DNA of 64,000 bases from Chlamydiales bacterium (GCA_024233455.1 JACKPP010000001.1:92329-156328), one strand, 5' to 3'. Positions 40,651 through 52,407 are shown, numbered from the stretch's first letter. The notes: generated by a model not told the origin, from the sequence alone. Numbers and translations: made by a program.

Positions 40651-41637
40651 TTATACAGTAACGGGATCAGATTGGAAAGCACCAAGTTTGCGATATTTTT
40701 GATAGCGTAGCTCAAGCAGCTCATCGATTTCGATATTTTGCAGCTTTTTATGCTCTGCTAAAATAAAGGTTTTAACGCTTTGGTAGACAGCTCCTGTGTC
40801 GTGATGCGCGCCACCGAGCGGCTCGTCAATAATGGCATCAATAATGCCCATAGCCAGCAAATCTTCAGCCTGCATCTTGAGCTTTTCAGCCGCTGTTTCT
40901 TTCATGCTATGGTCTTTCCACAGGATAGATGCGCAGCCCTCAGGCGAAATCACTGCGTAGTAAGAGTGCTCTAACATGCCAATCGTATCTCCTAGCGCCA
41001 TGGCCAAGGCTCCACCAGAACAGGCCTCGCCAATCAGTAGGACTATCATCGGCGTTTTCAAGCGCGCCATTTCCATTAGGTTAACCGCAATCGCCGAGCC
41101 CTGACCACGCTCTTCGGCTGCAAGACAGGGATGAGCTCCTGGAGTGTCGATAAGCGAGAGTACAGGTAGTTTAAACTTTTCGGCCAGCTTCATAAGGCGA
41201 AGCGCTTTACGATACCCTTCGGGATGAGGCATGCCAAAGTTGCGCTTTAACCGGCTTTCAGTGTCATTGCCTTTTTCTTGGGCGATGATGACAAATTTTT
41301 GTCCACCGATAATCCCCAGTCCACCAATGATAGCTTGATCATCTTGGAACAAACGATCGCCAAAAAGCTCTTCAAAGGATTCGCACAAATGTTTAATGTA
41401 ACCAATTGAACGGGGTCTATTGGGGTGACGCGAAATTTCGACACGCTCCCACGGAGTGAGTTGTGAGTAGACTTTACCTTTGAGCTCTTCTAGTTTTTTT
41501 TCCAGCTTCACTATTTCCTCATCGGACCAAATGCCACCTAGGGTATGTTGGTCTTTAAGGCGCTTAAGCGTGCCTTCGTACTCGTTAATCCCCTTTTCAT
41601 GGTTGAGCATGGGTTTCTCCTGAAAGTGTTTTAACAA
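40651..41637 (-). CDS. accA: acetyl-CoA carboxylase carboxyltransferase alpha subunit
   Basis: HPNRPRSIGYI...GGLGIIGGQ...MGMPHPEGYRKALRLMKLAEKFKLPVLSLIDTPGA conserved AccA blocks. Confidence 0.85.
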   Translation of the reverse strand: MLKHFQEKPMLNHEKGINEYEGTLKRLKDQHTLGGIWSDEEIVKLEKKLEELKGKVYSQLTPWERVEISRHPNRPRSIGYIKHLCESFEELFGDRLFQDDQAIIGGLGIIGGQKFVIIAQEKGNDTESRLKRNFGMPHPEGYRKALRLMKLAEKFKLPVLSLIDTPGAHPCLAAEERGQGSAIAVNLMEMARLKTPMIVLLIGEACSGGALAMALGDTIGMLEHSYYAVISPEGCASILWKDHSMKETAAEKLKMQAEDLLAMGIIDAIIDEPLGGAHHDTGAVYQSVKTFILAEHKKLQNIEIDELLELRYQKYRKLGAFQSDPVTV

Positions 41638-42508
41638 TTTCGATGGTGGTAGGCTTGCTAATTACAATCGAAAAAAGTTCTTCAATGTCTTCTTGGTTAA
41701 GACGAATGCAACCATCACTATCGAACTGCCCAATGGTATCGCGGCATTCCTCAAGCTCACCAGTTTCCGGATTGGGTAGCCACGGATTTCCGTGCAGACC
41801 GTAGCCTTTTGCCCCCATAGTGCACCCTTCAATCTCTTCACCAAAAGGAATCCAACGCGTCCCGAAAATTTGAATCATCTCCGCTTCGCTTTCTTGGAAC
41901 GTTCCAGTAACGCCTTTTTTATAAATGCCAACTTTTTCGCCTAGGCGGTACTTTCCAGTTGGCGTTAGGTAACCGCTAGGTGAGGTAGCCTCAGGCCTTC
42001 CCAAGCCCACTTTATAACTTTTGAGCAAAGTCTTTTCATTTGTATCGAGATCGGTGTAGTAAAAATGCAGATTACACGCTTCCAAGTCAACGAGAAGATA
42101 GAACTCAAAATTTTTGTTTTTATTAAAAACGTTAAAACGATCCCCATGGGAAATTTTTTGTGTGTAGTAATCTGGCTTGCCATTTAGACTGCGGGCAATA
42201 AAATGACGAGAAGTCTTAAAGTAAGAGGCGTAGTCGGCAATCCAAGCAGCTCTTCCTTCAAGCCAGGAAACACGCGGAGTGTATGTCACAGTTTCAACGA
42301 TTGGAAGCTTATTAATGCCTAAAGTAAAGAGTTCATGAATACGATCAACACGCGGCTCTTCACAGGGTTGTACCATGTCCTCGGCAAGAGCCTCTTGAGT
42401 TTCAACTGAGCAAGCAATCTCAGCCGATGATGATTTTTTCTTTAATACGGCTTTGCCACCAACGACGGCTACAACACCTAAAATAATAAATAAAAATAAC
42501 TTTTTCAT
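41597..42508 (-). CDS. L,D-transpeptidase (YkuD family)
   Basis: signal peptide; catalytic block ...YGLHGNP...DSDGCIRL (His/Cys active site); 41-nt overlap with accA suggests the real start lies further downstream. Confidence 0.6.
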   Translation of the reverse strand: MKKLFLFIILGVVAVVGGKAVLKKKSSSAEIACSVETQEALAEDMVQPCEEPRVDRIHELFTLGINKLPIVETVTYTPRVSWLEGRAAWIADYASYFKTSRHFIARSLNGKPDYYTQKISHGDRFNVFNKNKNFEFYLLVDLEACNLHFYYTDLDTNEKTLLKSYKVGLGRPEATSPSGYLTPTGKYRLGEKVGIYKKGVTGTFQESEAEMIQIFGTRWIPFGEEIEGCTMGAKGYGLHGNPWLPNPETGELEECRDTIGQFDSDGCIRLNQEDIEELFSIVISKPTTIEIVKTLSGETHAQP

Positions 42509-42557
42509 AGGCCTCTATTTTCTCACAAAACAACTTAAAGTTCAATTTTTCAATTAA

Positions 42558-43643
42558 TTAATACACATTCCATTCTAGGTGAGGAGCATGAGGCTCAAAG
42601 GGATAGATCAAAAGGAAATCTGCACCCCAATACCTAGAATCGCTAGCTAAGGGGATAATTTCCATGCTTCCCTGCTCTCCTGGAATGATGACCATTTGAG
42701 AGTCCTTGCCCTCCAACGCTACTGTTTTAGCGCCCCCTTTATACTGCTTTAGGGACCCAGGTTCAAGCTCTAACTGGTTACCAATTTTTAATGCGTCAGC
42801 TTTAAGCGCCATCAGGGCCGAAAAAGGTTTCCCTTTTAGATCTAAAAAACGCATCTTTAGATGAATGTCTTGCTTGCAAAACGCCGAGAGCTCACACCAA
42901 TGGTGCTGCTGATCACAAATCACGCGAGACCACGCTGCGTAATGCAAAAGAGGGCCATGCCGTTGTACATTATATCCCGGCAAGCGTTTGTGCTCAGATA
43001 ATGGACCCAGATCAGTCGGAGCTAAGTGCAGCCCGAAGTCTGATTTTGGAAACAGACTTGGGCCTACCGATAAGATGCCCACGTCACCTCGAAGCAAAGA
43101 TCCAAACCCACTGTTTTGTCCAACTGCGGTGAGTGCTATTTTAAGGCCATGATCTTCATGGACGCATAGTCCAAGTTCTGGATCTTGCAACTCGGGCATT
43201 TGGCTCAAATCGAGCTCCAAATGAGACGTGAATTTTTTGGGAGGTAGATAGCTCTCCATATCTGACTCTGGTTGCCAAAGTCCAGGATAGTCTTTCAGTC
43301 CTGCCAAAAATTTTTCAGCCCTTAGGCCTGCTACCTGCAAATTTTGATCTGATCTGAGGTGTCCAATCCATTTCCATAAAAAAGCAATTTCTCTGGCTTG
43401 GTTGATGCTGCACATTGGACCTTGGCTTTCAGATAAAAGTGGCGCGCCTGCCTGGGTTACACATGGAAAAAACTGTTTGGGTTCAATACCCAAAAGGGAA
43501 TCGAGCAAGGCTCCATAGCACGCTGTCAGGTGGTCAGCCCTAGACCCTTCCATGTTTAGGTAACTCAAGCGCCAGAAACTGAGGTCAGTTCCCGGACGCT
43601 CAAAACATATTTTTTCGGTCAGTTGCCGCAGCTGATCTAGCAT
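42558..43643 (-). CDS. hypothetical protein (361 aa)
   Basis: long ORF 10 nt downstream of the HU/IHF-like gene on the same strand; no motif recognised. Confidence 0.35.
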   Translation of the reverse strand: MLDQLRQLTEKICFERPGTDLSFWRLSYLNMEGSRADHLTACYGALLDSLLGIEPKQFFPCVTQAGAPLLSESQGPMCSINQAREIAFLWKWIGHLRSDQNLQVAGLRAEKFLAGLKDYPGLWQPESDMESYLPPKKFTSHLELDLSQMPELQDPELGLCVHEDHGLKIALTAVGQNSGFGSLLRGDVGILSVGPSLFPKSDFGLHLAPTDLGPLSEHKRLPGYNVQRHGPLLHYAAWSRVICDQQHHWCELSAFCKQDIHLKMRFLDLKGKPFSALMALKADALKIGNQLELEPGSLKQYKGGAKTVALEGKDSQMVIIPGEQGSMEIIPLASDSRYWGADFLLIYPFEPHAPHLEWNVY

Positions 43644-43653
43644 GCTAGTGCCA

Positions 43654-43986
43654 CTACATCGTAAAAGATGAGTGCTCTTGATGAGACGAAGCTTCTTTCC
43701 CTTCTTCCACCAACTGCTTCATCTTTTTGCCCGGTGTGAATTTAACAGCTTTTCTAGCAGGAATGACAATTGGTACTGCTGCATTTTTGGGATTACGTCC
43801 AATTTTTTGCTTGCGCGTTACAATTTCGAATACCCCGAAATCGCGAAATTCTAACCGATCTCCATCTGCCAGAGCCTCGGAAATTTCATCTAAAAACTGC
43901 TGCACAACACCTCGCACTTCATTGGGGTGCAATCCTGTTCTCTGAGAAATTTTTTGAATGAGTCTTTTTTTGGTCATTGTCGCCAT
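43654..43986 (-). CDS. HU/IHF-family DNA-binding protein
   Basis: KKRLIQKISQRTGL...FGVFEIVTRKQKIGRNPKNAAVPIVIPARKAVKFTPGK: typical bacterial DNA-binding (HU/IHF) fold sequence with beta-arm. Confidence 0.7.
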   Translation of the reverse strand: MATMTKKRLIQKISQRTGLHPNEVRGVVQQFLDEISEALADGDRLEFRDFGVFEIVTRKQKIGRNPKNAAVPIVIPARKAVKFTPGKKMKQLVEEGKEASSHQEHSSFTM

Positions 43987-44104
43987 GCTTTTTACTCCTT
44001 AACTTTTACAGCCCGCTTTTCTCCCATTGTTGGAAGATGTTGATTTTCAAACAAGTACTTTTTTTCGATTAGGTCATTTTTGGGGCAAAAAATGCCTTAG
44101 ACCT

Positions 44105-45379
44105 TCATTTGGACTCAACCATAAATAAAATTTTTCTTTTCTTTCCGACACCAAAAATACAGTAGGTGCCACCAATCAAGTCATTTTCACTTAAAAGATA
44201 CAAGGGATCCTCGACCTTTTGGTTATTCAAATAGGCGCCGCCATTTTTTATTAGCCTTGAAACTTCTCCTCGGCTACTCATAAAACCCGACTTAGCAACG
44301 AGGTCGGAAAGTTTAACCCCGATAGCTTCAGCTCTTGAAAATTGCACGTTTTCCATATCCGCAGCTATGGCCTCAATCGATTGAATATCCAACTGAGCAT
44401 CTGCTCCTGGCGCGGCGATTTCCGTCACTTTTTTGGCCGCAGACAACCCCTCTTTTCCATGTACGAAACGAGTAACTTCTTCGGCCAGTCGCGTTTGGGC
44501 CGCATTCACTAATTGCGTACCCTCTTTTATCTTGGTTTCAAAGTCGATGATCTCGTCCAAATCCATGAAGGTTAAAAGACGCATTAATTGCCCCACATCT
44601 GCATCTGGCGTGTGATAGAGGTATTGGTAAAATTTGTAAGGGGATACTTTTTGTGGGTCAAGCCAGATGGCACCGCCTTCACTTTTTCCAAACTTCTTTC
44701 CATCGCTGCGTGTGAGCAGAGGAAAAGTCATTCCATAGACACTTGAGCCACAAAGCTTGCGTGTGACTTCAATACCGGCGGTGATGTTCCCCCATTGGTC
44801 TGAGCCACCCACTTGCAAAACAACTTGTTCATGTTTGAAAAGGTGATAAAAATCATACCCTTGAAGCATTTGATAAGTGAATTCTGTAAAGCTCATGCCT
44901 TCGTCTGAATTCAGGCGCCGGCGCACGCTTTCTTTGGCCAGCATCGGCCCCAAACGAAAATGCTTACCCACGTCACGCAAAAAATCAACCAAACCATAAC
45001 TAGAAAGCCATGTATCGTTGTTGTAGTACTCTGGGTTTTCCAAACACTTTTCAAACTGGGCTTTAATCGAAAGAACGTTGGCTTCAATCGCCTGTTCTGA
45101 AAGAAGTGGACGCTCTTTATCCTTGCCGGATGGATCGCCGATTTTACCCGTACCACCGCCAAGCAAAACAACTGGCTGATGTCCAAATTTTTCAAACCAC
45201 TTAAGAAGAACAATTCCAACCAAATTACCAAGGTGTAGGCTGTCTGCTGTTGGATCGAAACCCACGTAAACCTTAATAGGTTTTTCGACAATACGGTCCA
45301 GTTCTTCACCGGCTATGGAATCGATAAATCCGCGTTTTTGCAGTTCTTTGATGACGTTAGGCATCCAGCGCCTCTGCAA
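44105..45379 (-). CDS. tyrS: tyrosine--tRNA ligase
   Basis: class I HIGH motif (DPTADSLHLGNLVG), KMSKS-like KFGKSEG, C-terminal S4 domain. Confidence 0.85.
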   Translation of the reverse strand: MQRRWMPNVIKELQKRGFIDSIAGEELDRIVEKPIKVYVGFDPTADSLHLGNLVGIVLLKWFEKFGHQPVVLLGGGTGKIGDPSGKDKERPLLSEQAIEANVLSIKAQFEKCLENPEYYNNDTWLSSYGLVDFLRDVGKHFRLGPMLAKESVRRRLNSDEGMSFTEFTYQMLQGYDFYHLFKHEQVVLQVGGSDQWGNITAGIEVTRKLCGSSVYGMTFPLLTRSDGKKFGKSEGGAIWLDPQKVSPYKFYQYLYHTPDADVGQLMRLLTFMDLDEIIDFETKIKEGTQLVNAAQTRLAEEVTRFVHGKEGLSAAKKVTEIAAPGADAQLDIQSIEAIAADMENVQFSRAEAIGVKLSDLVAKSGFMSSRGEVSRLIKNGGAYLNNQKVEDPLYLLSENDLIGGTYCIFGVGKKRKILFMVESK

Positions 45380-45475
45380 AGTAAGAAGTAAAATTGAGGC
45401 CCATAGCCGTTTTGGTCATAATGTACATTAGAGCATCTCCTAATCCTACAACAGGATACGTGGAGCCAGCTTAAT

Positions 45476-45775
45476 CTACAAGACAGAATTTTCTTTAAGC
45501 AACATCTCTAAGGGTTTAGAAAGATCTTCCCCCAGCCTCAAAGCCAAATTTAACACTTTGCGGCTCTCATCTGCTGGATGCATATTTTCATCAAACAACT
45601 TGAAAGACTTGTTTTTTAACGGAACACGCGACTGCTGGCGGCTAATCCAGCGGTGAATTTCTTTTGATTTTCTATCAAGCGCTTGAGTGTTGATTTTCTC
45701 ATCAATCACCGCAAATTTTTTCTTCAGTTTTTCTCGTGCTTTTTTTGTTTTTTCGCTTTCTTCTGCAAGTTTCAT
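45476..45775 (-). CDS. hypothetical small basic protein
   Basis: 99 aa, Lys-rich, between the BFN nuclease gene and tyrS in the same transcriptional orientation. Confidence 0.3.
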   Translation of the reverse strand: MKLAEESEKTKKAREKLKKKFAVIDEKINTQALDRKSKEIHRWISRQQSRVPLKNKSFKLFDENMHPADESRKVLNLALRLGEDLSKPLEMLLKENSVL

Positions 45776-45785
45776 ATTGTGACTC

Positions 45786-46199
45786 CTAGTCTTCTACACA
45801 CACAACTTTGTCTAGCACCTCAGAGCGACAAAGAATCGGTACATGATGTAAGAGCGCCAGGCTCAAGCAATCACTTGGCCGCGCATCAATTTCAATAATT
45901 TGGTTATGCTCGCCTTTTTTCTGTTCAATAAAAAGACGTGCCTTATAAACAGTATCTTCGACATCCCATATGACGACTTGGATTGGCTTAATGTCTAAGG
46001 CTTTAAAGAGAGAGCTCATCAAATGATGCGAAGATGGCCTTGGCGTTTTTTGGTTGGCTATGACATTTTGCATCGTATGCCCCACATCGGGAGTGGCGTA
46101 AATGGCAAACCGCTTATCCTCGCTTTTCAGCACAAAGACGGTATACGTTTTAGCCTGCATCACCTTATCTAGCTTTAGATTTACAAACCCCTCAGTCAT
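45786..46199 (-). CDS. bifunctional nuclease family protein (BFN / DUF151)
   Basis: DARPSDCLSLALL matches the DUF151 signature (ARPSDAIALAL); 137 aa; 4-nt overlap with rpiA. Confidence 0.55.
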   Translation of the reverse strand: MTEGFVNLKLDKVMQAKTYTVFVLKSEDKRFAIYATPDVGHTMQNVIANQKTPRPSSHHLMSSLFKALDIKPIQVVIWDVEDTVYKARLFIEQKKGEHNQIIEIDARPSDCLSLALLHHVPILCRSEVLDKVVCVED

Positions 46200-46852
46200 A
46201 CAACACTACCATCTTCAAATCCAACTATACAGCTGACATTTAAACCAAAAAATAACCCCGTTTCAATCACTCCCGGAATCGCAATCATCTCCAAATGCAA
46301 TTTTTCGGGATCCTCAATAGGGGCATCTAAGTGCACATCGTAGATATAATTGCCATTATCAGTTTGATACAGGGCTTGGCCATTTAGACGAAACGCACCA
46401 GGAAGCTTAAGCTTGGTAGCTGTTGACTTATAGCCAAACCGCGCCACTTCAACGGGCACTTTTGCCCGGCCAAGTTTAGCAACCTTTTTATGCTCATCAA
46501 CAATTATAACCACTTGCTTACTCGAACTTGCTAAGATTTTCTCACGTAAAAGCGCTCCTCCCCCGCCCTTGATCATCCGCAGCTGCGGATCGATCTCATC
46601 GGCCCCATCGACTGTGATATCGAGCTCGGTGAACTCTTCAATCAACTGGATGCCACCCCCCAATGCCTGAGCTTTGGTGCGTTCAGAACTGGCAGCTGCA
46701 GTGATCACTAACCCCTCACGACACCGCTGGATCAATCTCTCAACAAAAAACTGAACCGTGCTTCCAGTCCCCAGCCCTACACGCATTCCATCACTTATCA
46801 TCTCTGCAGCTTTAATAGACGCAGCCTTCTTGGCTTCTTCAATTCCCATCAA
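46196..46852 (-). CDS. rpiA: ribose-5-phosphate isomerase A
   Basis: GLGTGSTV N-terminal motif, DGADE block, 218 aa. Confidence 0.8.
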   Translation of the reverse strand: MMGIEEAKKAASIKAAEMISDGMRVGLGTGSTVQFFVERLIQRCREGLVITAAASSERTKAQALGGGIQLIEEFTELDITVDGADEIDPQLRMIKGGGGALLREKILASSSKQVVIIVDEHKKVAKLGRAKVPVEVARFGYKSTATKLKLPGAFRLNGQALYQTDNGNYIYDVHLDAPIEDPEKLHLEMIAIPGVIETGLFFGLNVSCIVGFEDGSVV

Positions 46853-47136
46853 AATCTGATATTGAATTTTTTCTCCGCCAACATAAGAATGGCCCGAATG
46901 GCATCTTCGGAGTCCTCCCCTTCAGCTTCGATGCGAATCTTAGCGCCTCTAGAAGCAGCAAGCATTAAGATTCCTAAAAGTGATTTTGCATTGACGCTCA
47001 AATCTTGGTAGTATAGCGTAATTTGACATCTAAAACGAGATGCACATTTGACCAATTCAGTAGAAGGTCGCGTATGCAACCCCTTATCATTTAAAACCAC
47101 AAATGTGCTTTGGCTTTTCGCCCTGTTTTTCATCAA
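46849..47136 (-). CDS. ptsH: phosphocarrier protein HPr
   Basis: KGLHTRPS active-site His15 context; 95 aa (slightly longer than canonical 88). Confidence 0.7.
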   Translation of the reverse strand: MMKNRAKSQSTFVVLNDKGLHTRPSTELVKCASRFRCQITLYYQDLSVNAKSLLGILMLAASRGAKIRIEAEGEDSEDAIRAILMLAEKKFNIRF

Positions 47137-47281
47137 ATACCTCGCTCACGCCCGACTTTTACTCATACGCCTCAGCGCATTTTTGTGCAAGCTCCAAAAC
47201 GTCACCTGATGACGACAAAGTCATCGGCGCCATTACCTTATCTAAACCAAAAAAATAGACTGCAGTCAACGCAGTTATTAC

Positions 47282-47719
47282 TCAAGGGCACAGCTTTGAT
47301 GGATAGACCATCTGCACGTGTGCTATGCCGGCCTCATCAAACGTATCGCCTTTTGCCTGCCAACCCAGTTTCTCATAGAAGCCCTTGGCAGTGATTTGGG
47401 CGTTCATTATAAGGTTATAGTTGGGATAGGATTGATTGGCAACTTCAATCATTTTACCAATTAAAGCTTTGCCAATGCCATGTCCGCGAACCTTAAGAAG
47501 CGTGGCAATGCGCTCGAACTTTACCTGCTGCCCTATTATTCGGAAACGGCCAGTTGCCACAGGCTGCTGATCTTGCAAAACCAAAAAATGCGTCGATTCT
47601 TCCTCAAATTCGATCTCATGATCTAGTGCAACACCCTGCTCTTGCACAAAAACCTGGCGTCGCACCTCAAGACACCGAAGATGATCTTCTGTACATTCAA
47701 CTTTAAAAATCGTTAGCAT
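47282..47719 (-). CDS. GNAT-family N-acetyltransferase
   Basis: motif A VRGHGIGKALIGKMIE; 145 aa. Confidence 0.65.
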   Translation of the reverse strand: MLTIFKVECTEDHLRCLEVRRQVFVQEQGVALDHEIEFEEESTHFLVLQDQQPVATGRFRIIGQQVKFERIATLLKVRGHGIGKALIGKMIEVANQSYPNYNLIMNAQITAKGFYEKLGWQAKGDTFDEAGIAHVQMVYPSKLCP

Positions 47720-47736
47720 CGACTCTTCCTACAGCT

Positions 47737-48429
47737 TTAGTTGTCATACTGTGCCATTTCCCATGCTTTATTTGCTAGCTGTTCAAACGGATCAACGCAC
47801 ACAAAATGATTTTCAAAATCAAAGAGTTTTAACTCAGAGCACGCAAGTATCACTGCATCAAATCCCTTTCTCTCCTTTAGCCTATCAATGATTGTACGTA
47901 TGTTGTTCATCGCATCATTTGAAATTTTTTCGCCTTGCGTCGCATTCATCAAAATCTGATGTAACACATTTTGGTCATCTCCATCCGGTTCGGTGACATC
48001 GATGCCTAAATGTGCTAATTTTTGACGGTACAGACCACTTTGAAAGACTAACTTTGTCCCCAGAACACAAACAGATTGACAATTCAATTCTTGGCATTTT
48101 TTTGCAGTAGCATCAGCGATATTAATGAGTGGCACGGGAGACTGACATACAAGCTGATCAAAAATACAATGCACAGCATTATTAGGAATAATGATTATTT
48201 GCGCTCCCGCTAGATTTAAAGCATTTATTCCACTCAGGATCAGGTTAACTAAATCGTGCATCTTACCCTGTTCAAAAGCATTTAGGGCAGCCACATAATC
48301 AGCTACTCCAGAGCTTTCCAAAAACAGCCTGGGCTGTTTTACTCCGGCATTTTTCGCCTTACTTGCAATTTGGTAAAAGCACCTAAAGGCAGGGTCATGA
48401 CAGACAGCAACAATGCCAATAGCGCGCAT
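47737..48429 (-). CDS. Asp/Glu/hydantoin racemase family protein (aspartate racemase-like)
   Basis: two-domain fold with conserved Cys positions (IIIPNNAVHC... and ILACSELK). Confidence 0.6.
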   Translation of the reverse strand: MRAIGIVAVCHDPAFRCFYQIASKAKNAGVKQPRLFLESSGVADYVAALNAFEQGKMHDLVNLILSGINALNLAGAQIIIIPNNAVHCIFDQLVCQSPVPLINIADATAKKCQELNCQSVCVLGTKLVFQSGLYRQKLAHLGIDVTEPDGDDQNVLHQILMNATQGEKISNDAMNNIRTIIDRLKERKGFDAVILACSELKLFDFENHFVCVDPFEQLANKAWEMAQYDN

Positions 48430-48448
48430 ACCAAACCTCCCTCTACAG

Positions 48449-50230
48449 CTACAGTTCAGACTCGAGCTGGTCCATCAAAGCATCGAAACGTTCTAAAAGA
48501 GCTGCGACAGGCTCTTTGGAGCACATGTCAACACCAGCTTTTTTGAGCACCTCAACAGGATAGTCACTACCGCCAGCAGAGAGAAAGTCAAGGTACTGAC
48601 GCGGGCCCTCTTTTAGCACTTTTTCCACCAGGGCAAAAGCTGCGCTTATGCCGGTGGAGTATTGATAAACGTAGAAATCGTAGTAGAAATGCGGCACGCG
48701 CATAAATTCGCCTTCTAGCTCATTATCCAAAGTCAGCTCAGGACCAAAATAGAGCGCGTTCAGCTCACGGTAAGCTTTACGCAGAGTTGCCGGTGTAAGT
48801 GGAATCTCTTTTTCTGCCATTTCATGGATCTGCTTTTCAAACTCGGCAAACATCACCTGGCGGAAGAAAGTAGCTCTTATCCCATCGAGTTTTTGAAGGA
48901 GGAGGAAGATGCGCTGTTTCTTATCTGTAGCACTTGCCAGAAGATGGCGAAAAACCAACTCTTCGTTAAACGTTGAAGCTACTTCCGCTACAAAAATTGA
49001 GTAATGGGAGTCGTGGAAAGGCTGACTTTGATTGGAAAAGTAGGTGTGCATACTATGACCTGCCTCATGAGCCAGCGTCATCACATCGTTTAGAAAGCCC
49101 TGGAAATTAAGGAGAATATAAGGGTAGCTTTCATAACAACCACTGGAGTAGGCTCCTGATCGCTTGCGGTTATTTTCATAGCGATCGATCCAGCGCTCAT
49201 CCTTAAGCCCTCTTTTTAACACTTGGCAATAGCCAGGCCCCAAAGGCTGAACCGCCTCTAGAGTGACTTCAACTGCCTCATCGTAAGAAAATTTCATTTC
49301 GATTTCAGCCGCAGCAGGCGCATACAGATCGTATACGTGTAGATCCGGCAGACCCATCAATTTTTTGCGCAAAGCAATAAAACGGTGCAGCTTGCCCAAA
49401 TGGGCATGGGTAGCGTCGATGAGATTGACATAAACAGCTGGATCAATCTGATGAGGATAGAGAGCCGCTTCCAAAGCTGAATTGTAATGTTTGGCTTTGG
49501 CGTAATATATATGCTTCTGAACGCTTCCAGATAAGAGCTCACAAAGCGTATTTTCAAAATTCAAAAACGTCTGGTGCAAAGTTTTAAAAGCATTTTCTCG
49601 CAATATACGATCACTGGAGCGCAAGTAGGTTTGGTAGAGGCCATGGGACAGCTCATGCTCTTTTCCGTCTTTGTCTTTAACAGAGGGGAATTTGATATCG
49701 GCATTGTTCATTGCGCCAAATGCCCTTTCCGAGACTTGCAATGCCCTACCACCTAAAGCTAGCAGTTGCTGCTCTTTGGCCGACAAGGTATGGGGCTTAA
49801 GACGGATGATCCGATCTAAAACCATTTTGTAATCGGCAAGGTGCACCGAATCAGCCAGCTTTTTGAGGGTCTCTTCAGGTAGACTGAGCAATTCAGGCTC
49901 TACCCAAGCTGTGGCTTCGGAAAACTGGTGTAAAAGAGCTGCAATACGATCATGCCCATTTTTATGCGTCTCATGGGCCACATCTTCATCGTGACGTAAG
50001 TGAGCATACGTATAGAGACTCATTAACTCTTGTTCTAGGCCAAAAGTTAAATTAAATAATTCTTTTACCTTTTCAGGCCCTTCAGACAGGGTGCCTTTTA
50101 AGGCAGCAATATCCTTCCAAAATTTTTTCTTTACAATCTCGAAAGTCTTTTCCCAAGCTTCCTGGTTGGCATATAGGGGAGTCAAATCCCACGTATCAAC
50201 TACTGGTATTTCTTTGCGTTCTTTGGCCAT
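48449..50230 (-). CDS. pepF: oligoendopeptidase F (M3B)
   Basis: HEAGHSMH zinc motif; about 590 aa; adjacent to groESL as in Chlamydia. Confidence 0.8.
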   Translation of the reverse strand: MAKERKEIPVVDTWDLTPLYANQEAWEKTFEIVKKKFWKDIAALKGTLSEGPEKVKELFNLTFGLEQELMSLYTYAHLRHDEDVAHETHKNGHDRIAALLHQFSEATAWVEPELLSLPEETLKKLADSVHLADYKMVLDRIIRLKPHTLSAKEQQLLALGGRALQVSERAFGAMNNADIKFPSVKDKDGKEHELSHGLYQTYLRSSDRILRENAFKTLHQTFLNFENTLCELLSGSVQKHIYYAKAKHYNSALEAALYPHQIDPAVYVNLIDATHAHLGKLHRFIALRKKLMGLPDLHVYDLYAPAAAEIEMKFSYDEAVEVTLEAVQPLGPGYCQVLKRGLKDERWIDRYENNRKRSGAYSSGCYESYPYILLNFQGFLNDVMTLAHEAGHSMHTYFSNQSQPFHDSHYSIFVAEVASTFNEELVFRHLLASATDKKQRIFLLLQKLDGIRATFFRQVMFAEFEKQIHEMAEKEIPLTPATLRKAYRELNALYFGPELTLDNELEGEFMRVPHFYYDFYVYQYSTGISAAFALVEKVLKEGPRQYLDFLSAGGSDYPVEVLKKAGVDMCSKEPVAALLERFDALMDQLESEL

Positions 50231-50260
50231 AGATCCACCATACCTCAAAAAGCGTAAATT

Positions 50261-50306
50261 TCGCAAGTTAGCACTCTGACCTTCTTTTTGCTAAATTTGC
50301 TTGCGA
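50261..50306 (+). promoter_or_regulatory. CIRCE-like inverted repeat (putative HrcA operator) upstream of groES
   Basis: TTAGCACTC-N9-TTTTGCTAA at 50268-50294 (left arm perfect, right arm 6/9 to GAGTGCTAA) nested in a larger inverted repeat TCGCAAG...CTTGCGA. Confidence 0.4.
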
Positions 50307-50375
50307 AAAATTTCAGAACCCTTTATCATGGGGGTATGAAACAAATCTTAAACCTTTTTTGAAGGAGAACCAAAG

Positions 50376-50663
50376 ATGACTCAAACGGTCAATAAAACAA
50401 AACTCAAACCCCTTGGTGCACGCGTGATCGTGCAGCGTCTCGAAGAAGAAGAAAAGATCGGAGGCATCATCCTTCCCGATTCTGCAAAAAAGAAACCAGA
50501 AACTGCCAAAGTCATTGCAGTTGGCACAGGTAAAGACATGCCCGACGTTAAAGTTGGCGACACTGTCTTAATGGATAAATATGCCGGTCAGGACGTGACT
50601 GTTAACGATCAAGAATTCACTATTTTACGTGCAGACGATGTTATCGCTGTCATCGAAGAATAA
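50376..50663 (+). CDS. groES: co-chaperonin GroES
   Basis: LKPLGARVIVQR...GGIILPDSAKKKP mobile loop; 95 aa. Confidence 0.9.
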   Translation: MTQTVNKTKLKPLGARVIVQRLEEEEKIGGIILPDSAKKKPETAKVIAVGTGKDMPDVKVGDTVLMDKYAGQDVTVNDQEFTILRADDVIAVIEE

Positions 50664-50674
50664 TAAAGGAGTAG

Positions 50675-52333
<1,659 letters not shown>

Positions 52334-52360
52334 TCCCCCACCTTGTTCCGTGCTCTACAA

Positions 52361-52390
52361 AAAGGCGCCCCTTTACAGGGCGCCTTTTTT
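52361..52390 (+). terminator. rho-independent terminator after groEL
   Basis: AAAGGCGCCCC-tttaca-GGGCGCC followed by TTTTTT. Confidence 0.75.
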
Positions 52391-52407
52391 ATGTTACATA
52401 GGCAACT

